Assembly: GCA_965224465.1 (NCBI GenBank)
Contig: OZ245049.1
Coordinates: 2,400,001 to 2,432,000 of the forward strand
Origin: Flavobacteriaceae bacterium
GTDB taxonomy: Bacteria > Bacteroidota > Bacteroidia > Flavobacteriales > Flavobacteriaceae
Length of the DNA stretch: 32,000 nt
Direction: 5' to 3'
The notes beneath the pieces are model-generated. The model was given only the letters and a program-made list of their open reading frames with translations. It made no database searches and was not told the DNA's origin. Positions 27,901 through 32,000 of this stretch are shown here, piece after piece; positions within the stretch are counted from its first letter, which is position 1, and the number at the start of each line of letters is the position of its first letter. The position numbers were made by a program, and so were the translations under genes.

Positions 27901-30240
27901 TAACGTGTTTTTATTAACACTTTTTGAAACTTTCTGTTCTAAATCGTACGTAGCCAAATCTTTCCCTATCCCCGCAACATCAAACTTGTATACAGGATCT
28001 GGCGCCCATATCACATTCCCATCTGAATTCAAATAATTATAATTACTATTCCCTATTCTCGCCCCTAAATCATCTGCGGTATTGGTCAAGGTAATTCCAT
28101 ACTTTACAGCAAGATAAGATTCTACTATCTGTTGTTTTTGAGTAGTTAGAACCCCATCATATACAAGTACTTCAGAAACTTTACCATCAAAAGTATTCCC
28201 ACCAGAATAATGCGTTCCAATACGCATCGTTTTTGGTAATGGATATCCAGCACCAATCTGTCCACTTTTAAGACTTGTAGCAGAAATATTTAATTCATCT
28301 TGTGATCCATTAGCATACAAACTATAATTCACATCATTAGAATTAATTACATCTCTAGACAGCACACCAATTGCTGGGACTGACTCAATGTCTATATCTC
28401 CCATATTAAAATAATCTCCACTATGTCCTCCTCCAAAAGAAATGCGATTTCCTATTGCAACACCAAAGGACATATCTGAATGCAAACCAATTTCTCCAGT
28501 AGATGGGGTAGAAATATCACCACCGTACAATAATGATTGATTGTATTGACTCGAACCATTCCCATCAGCATCAAAAACAACAAAAATTGTTTGACTTGCC
28601 TTTGCAGGCGTATTTATTTGAACAGCATTTCCCGCATTAGCAGAACTAAACTCCAATACAGGATTAAAATTAATATTATCTATTGGATTGTTTTTAAACA
28701 AAGGTAATGTAGGCAATGGCGATTCTCCAGACTCCCCAGTATGAGCTGTAGCATTTCCTCCATTTTGAGATACATCATCTGTAAACTGATCAAACCATGT
28801 TAACAATCCGGTATTATCCGAAGGTAAAGAACCATTTATATTTACTCCATCATCTGCTCTTAACCATAAAACACCTTTTGGTGCAGGTGTTGGAGCCGAA
28901 ACACACAGCCCAAGTCCATCTATAGGCACACATTCAAAAGAAGTTGCAGTACCTGGAATCATCCCTCCAGTGCTTCCACTTGTAACATGCCCCACAAAAC
29001 ACAACATAGCATCCACCTCATTATAATCAACATAACTACTTCCATGCCCACCTAAGGAGAGGAAAACCGCTTTATTTGTCCCCACTACAAATCCACCTGG
29101 TACTGTTGGGTATGCAAGATTCCCTAGGCTTCCAATAGACGACGCATTAGATTTTCCCCAAACTTTTAATCTTTTATCTCTTAAAATAACACCCGCAGCC
29201 GCATATCTTCTAGCAGAAAACGTTGTTGTTAAAAACACCACATCTTCCATAATAGACCCAGCACTGTCCTCTATAGCCTCCCACGTTAACACAAAACCAG
29301 TGTGGTTATTAATAATAGCAGCATCCGAACCACTATGCCCTAAACCATATGCCCTATTATCAGTACCCATAACGAGTACTCCAGAATCATACGCTGAATA
29401 ACTACTATAAGAAGATCCATCCATAAAAGAAGCCAATGATATTGGAGAGGCAGCATTTGGCAAATCTTGTAATTTAACAGCATACTTACTATCAGTCGCA
29501 GCCGAATTATTTCCTTTCACTACATTATAGCCCCAAGAATAAATTTCATTCGTATTAAGAATTGCGTAACCTGTAGCAGTCGCACAGTTAATTTGTCTTA
29601 CGTTTGTCAAGTCCACCCCAGAAGACACTTCTATTTGATACCAACCTGTACCAGCAGTTTTATAACTTAATGAAGCATAAAAACTCTCAACCTCACTTAC
29701 ATATACTTTTCCTCCATGAGCATCATTGGTTAAAACATAAAATGCACCATGTGTTGCCTGAATATCCTTTATATCTGAAGGAGTCAAACCTAAAGGCAAA
29801 GAAATTTCTTGAATACCTCTTCCTGAAGTTAATACATCACTAACAGACTTATTCTCATACCCCCAAGCATAAAGCCCAACTGTAGTTAGCAAGAAAAACT
29901 GACCATGATCAGCTCCAGAGACCGTTGCTTGTATTGGAGTTCCCGAATACGTATACCCATTAGCAACAGACAGGTCTAACAAAGTCATGTTATCAGTATG
30001 TCCATCAGCTCCAGAATCTTCACCAAATAAACTAAAACCATTGATTGTTTTTAAGATAGTTTGATGATAAGAAGTCATAAAAACATCATCCTCAAAATTG
30101 TATACACCATCAGCGTTTAAAGTTGGGCAATTCTGAGCACCTACATTCGTACTAATTAGAAGTAGAAACAGCCACATACCTGTTGACAAGAAAGTAAAGC
30201 TACGCATCACTTTCACAATTGAAAAGGAAAAATTAATCAT
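18634..30240 (-). CDS. Giant repetitive cell-surface adhesin (3868 aa) with RCC1-like and LamG-like N-terminal modules, cadherin/Ig-like repeats and a T9SS type-B C-terminal sorting domain
   Basis: Uninterrupted 11.6-kb ORF. Its leader is homologous to adhesin 1 (MINFSFSIVKVMRSFTFLSTGMWLFLLLISTNVGA). It contains 17 x 111-aa and 3 x 97-aa repeats and VNDAPVA linkers. The C-terminal ~384 aa are colinear with adhesin 1 and include the CTD. The true start may be M12 (30207). Confidence 0.93.
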   Translation of the reverse strand: MINFSFSIVKVMRSFTFLSTGMWLFLLLISTNVGAQNCPTLNADGVYNFEDDVFMTSYHQTILKTINGFSLFGEDSGADGHTDNMTLLDLSVANGYTYSGTPIQATVSGADHGQFFLLTTVGLYAWGYENKSVSDVLTSGRGIQEISLPLGLTPSDIKDIQATHGAFYVLTNDAHGGKVYVSEVESFYASLSYKTAGTGWYQIEVSSGVDLTNVRQINCATATGYAILNTNEIYSWGYNVVKGNNSAATDSKYAVKLQDLPNAASPISLASFMDGSSYSSYSAYDSGVLVMGTDNRAYGLGHSGSDAAIINNHTGFVLTWEAIEDSAGSIMEDVVFLTTTFSARRYAAAGVILRDKRLKVWGKSNASSIGSLGNLAYPTVPGGFVVGTNKAVFLSLGGHGSSYVDYNEVDAMLCFVGHVTSGSTGGMIPGTATSFECVPIDGLGLCVSAPTPAPKGVLWLRADDGVNINGSLPSDNTGLLTWFDQFTDDVSQNGGNATAHTGESGESPLPTLPLFKNNPIDNINFNPVLEFSSANAGNAVQINTPAKASQTIFVVFDADGNGSSQYNQSLLYGGDISTPSTGEIGLHSDMSFGVAIGNRISFGGGHSGDYFNMGDIDIESVPAIGVLSRDVINSNDVNYSLYANGSQDELNISATSLKSGQIGAGYPLPKTMRIGTHYSGGNTFDGKVSEVLVYDGVLTTQKQQIVESYLAVKYGITLTNTADDLGARIGNSNYNYLNSDGNVIWAPDPVYKFDVAGIGKDLATYDLEQKVSKSVNKNTLVTMATSADFELSNTHLSRISITSDKSFLMWANNHGTENFVSTEKEAVVQDRLGREWKVQKTANFSNVINLQVDLNASTASSVLNVGNLFLAVDNDGDFNSGVTYSDATSYVNGKVSFANVTLTNGQYFTVVTKVGANNVPVAVDDSYNVDEDGSVELLPLTGDSDLDGNTLSITEINGITLIPGSVQTISVPNGTVKITVLGVITFEPLSNYNGFVSFSYTINDGNGGAAIASQNITVAPVNDAPIAVSDTATTAEDTPIDLGIVDIVTPNDTDPDGNALTITGVSNPVNGTVELVGQIVTFTPASNYVGNTATFDYTISDGVLEDTATVTINVTAVNDPPAVDSSSITVEEDSNDTSLGLSAPTDIDTAVGTLTIKVSGLPSLGTVTLSDGSAVVNGAILTIAQLTSLQYDAPSEYTAGTAVGEFKYTVTDGTSTVTGKTTIVVTAVNDAPVADNSSITVLEESTNTGLGLTAPTDVDTAVGTLTIKVSGLPILGTVTLSDGSAVANGASLTIAQLTSLQYDAPSEYTAGTAVGEFKYTVNDGTSTVTGKTTIVVTPVNDAPVADNSSIIVLEESTNTNLGLTAPTDVDTAVGTLTIKVSGLPILGTVTLSDGSAVANGASLTIAQLTSLQYDAPSEYTAGTAVGEFKYTVTDGTSTVTGKTTIVVTAVNDAPVADSSSITVEEDSNDTSLGLSAPTDIDTAVGTLTIKVSGLPSLGTVTLSDGTTVANGASLSIAQLTSLQYDAPSVYTGGVVGDFVYRVYDGTTTVIGRTTIVVTIVNDPPVADSSSITVLEESTNTGLGLTAPTDVDTAVGTLTIKVSGLPSLGTVTLSDGSAVANGASLTIAQLTSLQYDAPSEYTAGTAVGEFKYTVNDGNSTVTGKTTIVVTPVNDAPVADNSSITVLEESTNTGLGLTAPTDVDTAVGTLTIKVSGLPSLGTVTLSDGTAVASGASLTIAQLTSLQYDAPSEYTAGTAVGEFTYTVTDGNSTVTGKTTIVVTPVNDAPVADNSSITVLEESINTGLGLTAPTDVDTAVGTLTIKVSGLPSLGTVTLSDGSAVANGASLTIAQLTSLQYDAPSEYTAGTAVGEFKYTVNDGDSTVTGKTTIVVTPVNDAPVADNSSITVFEESTNTGLGLTAPTDVDTAVGTLTIKVSGLPSLGTVTLSDGTAVASGASLTIAQLTSLQYDAPSEYTAGTAVGEFTYTVTDGNSTVTGKTTIVVTPVNDAPVVDSSSITVLEESTNTGLGLTAPTDVDTAVGTLTIKVSGLPSLGTVTLSDGTAVASGASLTIAQLTSLQYDAPSEYTAGTAVGEFKYTVNDGDSTVTGKTTIVVTAVNDAPVVGSSSITVLEESTNTGLGLTAPTDVDTAVGTLTIKVSGLPSLGTVTLSDGSAVANGASLTIAQLTSLQYDAPSEYTAGTAVGEFKYTVTDGNSTVTGKTTIVVTPVNDAPVVDSSSITVLEESTNTGLGLTAPTDVDTAVGTLTIKVSGLPSLGTVTLSDGTAVASGASLTIAQLTSLQYDAPSEYTAGTAVGEFKYTVTDGNSTVTGKTTIVVTPVNDAPVVDSSSITVLEESTNTGLGLTAPTDVDTAVGTLTIKVSGLPSLGTVTLSDGTAVANGASLTIAQLTSLQYDAPSEYTAGTAVGEFKYTVTDGDSTVTGKTTIVVTPVNDAPVVDSSSITVLEESTNTGLGLTAPTDVDTAVGTLTIKVSGLPSLGTVTLSDGTAVASGASLTIAQLTSLQYDAPSEYTAGTAVGEFKYTVTDGDSTVTGKTTIVVTPVNDAPVVDSSSITVLEESTNTGLGLTAPTDVDTAVGTLTIKVSGLPILGTVTLSDGSAVANGASLTIAQLTSLQYDAPSEYTAGTAVGEFKYTVTDGDSTVTGKTTIVVTPVNDAPVVDSSSITVLEESTNTGLGLTAPTDVDTAVGTLTIKVSGLPILGTVTLSDGSAVANGASLTIAQLTSLQYDAPSEYTAGTAVGEFKYTVTDGNSTVTGKTTIVVTPVNDAPVVDSSSITVLEESTNTGLGLTAPTDVDTAVGTLTIKVSGLPSLGTVTLSDGTAVASGASLTIAQLTSLQYDAPSEYTAGTAVGEFTYTVTDGDSTVTGKTTIVVTPVNDAPVVDSSSITVLEESTNTGLGLTAPTDVDTAVGTLTIKVSGLPSLGTVTLSDGSAVANGASLTIAQLTSLQYDAPSEYTAGTAVGEFKYTVTDGNSTVTGKTTITVTPVNDAPVADNETETATEDTDLVIDVKVGDTDVDGTIDPTTVVIITSPTKGTVRVNASTGKVTYSPMANYIGPDSFTYTIKDNNGLVSNTATVSITVNAVNDAPVADNETETTNEDTDLVVDVKVGDTDIDGTIDPTTVVITTIPTNGTVSVNATTGKVTYSPTANYSGPDSFTYTIKDNNGLVSNIATVSITVNAVNDAPVADNETETTNEDIDLVVDVKVGDTDIDGTIDPTTVVITTIPTNGTVSVNATTGKVTYSPTANYSGPDSFTYTIKDNNGLVSNTATVSITVIAIEDKTIAKDDIAKVDEDASVDIDVITNDTDVDSANSQVSTITQPVNGITEINTDGTVKYTPNLNFNGEDTFTYTNVDGNTATVVVTVSPVNDAPVAKDDLVEVQEGESIVISVIDNDKDPNDLLGGIDPGSVTIVKQPVHGSVVVHAITGEITYTPGVGDFEGDTFEYSVCDTGNPLPAKCDTATVTITINSFELKDDNENIEEDASVITSVLLNDTDPFFIIDKATLIISKDPANGIVSVDVETGKVTYVPNADFNGVDSYEYKVCSNGASAVCKTATVTIVVLDHIDTVEDIVEVKEDETIEIKVLENDLFTGAVTVIGVLSSENGTVTLTLDGIVIYTPDANFNGEDVVFYTVTIANVDGTTKEELGRITITVLPVNDPPVAVDDAQVIKDGELEIVIDVLDNDFDLDGDVIVLQGATSPANGTVVLNADGTITYIPNPTFVGVDTFKYEICDGSGDCVTGTVSITVEIKDIVTPNAFSPNGDGHNDLFVIKGLAEKYPKFSMEIFNRWGNVVYTYSHNGNAQEIPSWWNGKSSARLTFNDNKLLPTGTYFYIIRFNDQKTSPLQSWVYLIK
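20362..21234 (-). repeat. In-frame tandem array, 3 x 291 bp (97-aa cadherin/Ig-like units)
   Basis: The motif tgcatcgttcactgcatttacagt recurs at 20641 and 20932 (291-bp period). The unit is VNDAPVADNETETTNEDTDLVVDVKVGDTDIDGTIDPTTVVITTIPTNGTVSVNATTGKVTYSPTANYSGPDSFTYTIKDNNGLVSNTATVSITVNA. Confidence 0.9.
21235..26892 (-). repeat. In-frame tandem array, 17 units of 333 bp (one unit of 330 bp), 111-aa repeats
   Basis: The antisense ATG markers in the ORF track fall at 21368, 21701, ... 26693, with a 333-bp period and a single 330-bp step at 25364->25694. The unit is VNDAPVVDSSSITVLEESTNTGLGLTAPTDVDTAVGTLTIKVSGLPSLGTVTLSDGTAVASGASLTIAQLTSLQYDAPSEYTAGTAVGEFKYTVTDGNSTVTGKTTIVVTP. The 13 C-proximal units are near-identical and the 4 N-proximal units are more divergent. 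Confidence 0.95.
28087..28875 (-). other. LamG-like module of adhesin 2, homologous to 13277-14065
   Basis: From aa ~456: GVLWLRADDGVN...NINFNPVLEF...QTIFVVF...LLYGGDIS...YSLYANGS...RIGTHYSGGNTFDGKVSEVLVYDGVLTTQKQQIVESYLAVKYGITL. It is colinear with adhesin 1. Confidence 0.5.
28890..30035 (-). other. Possible RCC1-like beta-propeller insertion (~380 aa), present only in adhesin 2
   Basis: It lies between the shared leader (…TSYHQT) and the shared GVLWLRAD motif. It contains recurring blade-like motifs: GLYAWGYENKSV, NEIYSWGYNVVKGNN, NRAYGLGHSGSD, RLKVWGKSNASSIGSLG, MLCFVGHVTSGSTGG. These resemble the RCC1 repeat pattern (hydrophobic-x-WG-x-n-x-x-G-x-lG). Adhesin 1 has only ~35 unrelated aa here. 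Confidence 0.35.
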
Positions 30241-30328
30241 AAAACATTTTTAGTTATGTACTCAGTTCTTATTTTTAAATCTTAAAAGCTTAAGATTCAG
30301 GGGGGATAAGAACCATGAAAATTGGCAG

Positions 30329-30336
30329 CAAATATA
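30329..30336 (-). promoter_or_regulatory. Candidate Bacteroidetes-type -7 promoter element (TAnnTTTG) for adhesin 2
   Basis: The minus strand reads TATATTTG about 90 nt upstream of the ATG at 30240. It sits at the homologous position and in similar context to 14459-14466. The leader between it and the ATG is alignable with the adhesin 1 leader (for example the shared ttatgtactc). Confidence 0.35.
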
Positions 30337-30704
30337 CAAAAATTAACACAGGTTAACTATACTTATTTTTATGTATATCTACAAAAAGTAAGTTTAATAC
30401 AACTAGATGTAATTATTATCGAATAACTTGTATTTATATTTTACAATAAGCATGTGAATTAAGCTTAAATAACACTCATTTATCGTAATTTTCACACTAA
30501 AAACACCTACTAAATACATATTGATTTTACAGTTATTTCAAGTGTAATTCATGCTTAATCCCATTCAGAAATAACACATTACAACTACCACATCTCTCAA
30601 TAATTCACACCCAAATCAAACTCATAAATACACTCTAAAAATGAAACCATCACGAATGCATTCCTTTTTTTGTATCTTTAACTAGAATAGAAAAAGAAAA
30701 CAAA

Positions 30705-32000
30705 ATGCTAGTAAAAGTTTTTGGGTCCGCTGTTTTCGGCATAGAGGCCTCTACCATAACGGTGGAAGTAAACATAGATAAAGGTGTAGGATACCATTTG
30801 GTAGGTCTTCCAGATAGCGCAATTAAAGAAAGTAGCTATCGAATTTCTGCAGGGCTAAAAAACAATGGCTACAAGCTACCTGTAAAAAAAATAACCATCA
30901 ATATGGCACCCGCAGACATGCATAAAGAAGGAAGTGCCTACGACCTGACCTTAGCCGTAGGTATTTTAGCCGCTTCCAAACAAATTGAGACCACTATTCT
31001 TGATGATTATTTAATTATGGGAGAACTATCCTTGGATGGAGGTATCCATCCTATTAAAGGAGCACTCCCTATAGCAATCAAGGCAAGAGAAGAAGGATTT
31101 AAAGGATTTATTTTACCTCAAAAAAACGCCAAAGAAGCAGCTATTGTAGATGACTTAGATGTACTAGGAGCTGAAAACATAGTTCAAGTAATTGAGTTTT
31201 TAGAAAAAGGCACTGGACTTACACCTACTATAGTTGACACACGTGCCGAGTTTGAAAAAAGCCCCACAGATTTAGAATTTGATTTTTCCGATGTAAAAGG
31301 GCAAGAGTCTATCAAACGCTGTATGGAAATCGCAGCTGCAGGCGGCCATAATATTATTTTAATCGGCCCGCCAGGAAGCGGAAAAACAATGTTAGCAAAA
31401 CGACTGCCCAGTATCCTCCCTCCAATGACACTACACGAAGCATTGGAGACCACAAAAATACACTCCATCGTTGGAAAAATAAAAGACACTGGATTACAGA
31501 ATTTCCGACCTTTTAGATCCCCACATCACACCATAAGTGATGTCGCCTTAGTCGGAGGTGGACAATATCCACAACCTGGAGAAATATCAATGGCACATAA
31601 CGGCGTGCTGTTTTTAGATGAACTCCCCGAATTTAAACGCAGCGTACTCGAAGTAATGCGACAACCATTAGAAGATAGAGAAGTGACTATTTCACGTGCT
31701 AGGTTTACCGTTACTTACCCTTGTAGTTTTATGTTGGTAGCTAGCATGAATCCAAGTCCCAGCGGTTATTTCAACGACCCCGATTCCCCAATGACCACGT
31801 CTCACTCAGAAATGCAACGTTATTTAGGGAAAATATCAGGTCCACTTTTAGACCGAATAGACATCCATATAGAAGTCAACCCTGTACCTTTCGAAAAATT
31901 ATCCTCCACACAATTGGCAGAACCCAGTACCGAAATACGAAAACGAGTCACAGCAGCAAGAAAACACCAGACCAAACGTTTTGAAAAATCAGAAAGCGTG
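30705..32000 (+). CDS. comM: YifB/ComM-family Mg-chelatase-like AAA ATPase, N-terminal 432 codons; continues beyond the window end
   Basis: Absent from the ORF track because it is open at the edge. My own translation from the ATG at 30705 reads MLVKVFGSAVFGIEASTITVEVNIDKGVGYHLVGLPDSAIKESSYRISAGLKNNGYKLPVKKITINMAPADMHKEGSAYDLTLAVGILAAS... It includes a Walker A motif (LIGPPGSGKTMLAKRLPSILPP), then ...HNGVLFLDELPEF (Walker B), then ...GPLLDRIDIHIEV. This matches the family organisation. Confidence 0.9.
   Translation, partial: MLVKVFGSAVFGIEASTITVEVNIDKGVGYHLVGLPDSAIKESSYRISAGLKNNGYKLPVKKITINMAPADMHKEGSAYDLTLAVGILAASKQIETTILDDYLIMGELSLDGGIHPIKGALPIAIKAREEGFKGFILPQKNAKEAAIVDDLDVLGAENIVQVIEFLEKGTGLTPTIVDTRAEFEKSPTDLEFDFSDVKGQESIKRCMEIAAAGGHNIILIGPPGSGKTMLAKRLPSILPPMTLHEALETTKIHSIVGKIKDTGLQNFRPFRSPHHTISDVALVGGGQYPQPGEISMAHNGVLFLDELPEFKRSVLEVMRQPLEDREVTISRARFTVTYPCSFMLVASMNPSPSGYFNDPDSPMTTSHSEMQRYLGKISGPLLDRIDIHIEVNPVPFEKLSSTQLAEPSTEIRKRVTAARKHQTKRFEKSESV

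Noticed and set aside
970-30340. The duplicated block could be a mobile element or genomic island carried by a transposon or integrative element.
   Set aside because: The window has no transposase, integrase, recombinase or tRNA gene, and I could not find terminal inverted or direct repeats at the block borders. Duplication of a chromosomal cassette is the simpler explanation.
30448-30556. An imperfect inverted repeat, aagcatgtgaatt (30448-30460) / aattcatgctt (30546-30556), could flank an invertible promoter upstream of adhesin 2.
   Set aside because: The arms are short (11-13 nt with an indel) and lie in AT-rich sequence where such matches occur by chance. The enclosed ~85 bp is small for a known invertible promoter and does not contain the candidate -7 motif. 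No invertase gene is nearby.

Overview
This is a low-GC, Flavobacteriia-like (Bacteroidota) chromosomal segment. About 29 kb of the 32 kb (roughly 970-30340) is taken up by two tandem, co-directional minus-strand paralogous cassettes. Each cassette encodes three proteins. The first is a giant, highly repetitive cell-surface adhesin (3598 aa and 3868 aa) ending in a T9SS type-B ('gliding motility-associated') C-terminal sorting domain. The second is a 301-aa PorP/SprF-family T9SS outer-membrane protein. The third is a ~519-aa PorE-like protein with a TolB-like beta-propeller, a CRD-like domain and a peptidoglycan-binding OmpA_C domain. The two adhesins share their leader, a LamG-like N-terminal module and a ~384-aa C-terminal stalk plus CTD. 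Their cores are unrelated, near-perfect in-frame tandem repeat arrays: 9 x 306 bp plus 17 x 285 bp in one, and 17 x 333 bp plus 3 x 291 bp in the other. The second adhesin also has an RCC1-like insertion that the first lacks. A LuxR/GerE-type HTH regulator with a non-receiver N-terminal domain, plus an ~850 bp AT-rich non-coding gap, separates the cassettes. The flanks are housekeeping genes, both truncated by the window edges: ileS (minus strand, N-terminal part) on the left and a ComM/YifB Mg-chelatase-like AAA ATPase (plus strand) on the right. I saw no RNA genes, CRISPR arrays, transposases or integrases. The type-B CTD plus PorP/SprF pairing is established biology. The points worth following up are the duplicated private PorP plus PorE-like sets, the conserved-ends/swapped-core adhesin design, and the mosaic, locally hypervariable structure of otherwise identical repeats. 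All identities quoted are by-eye estimates, because no alignments or database searches could be run.
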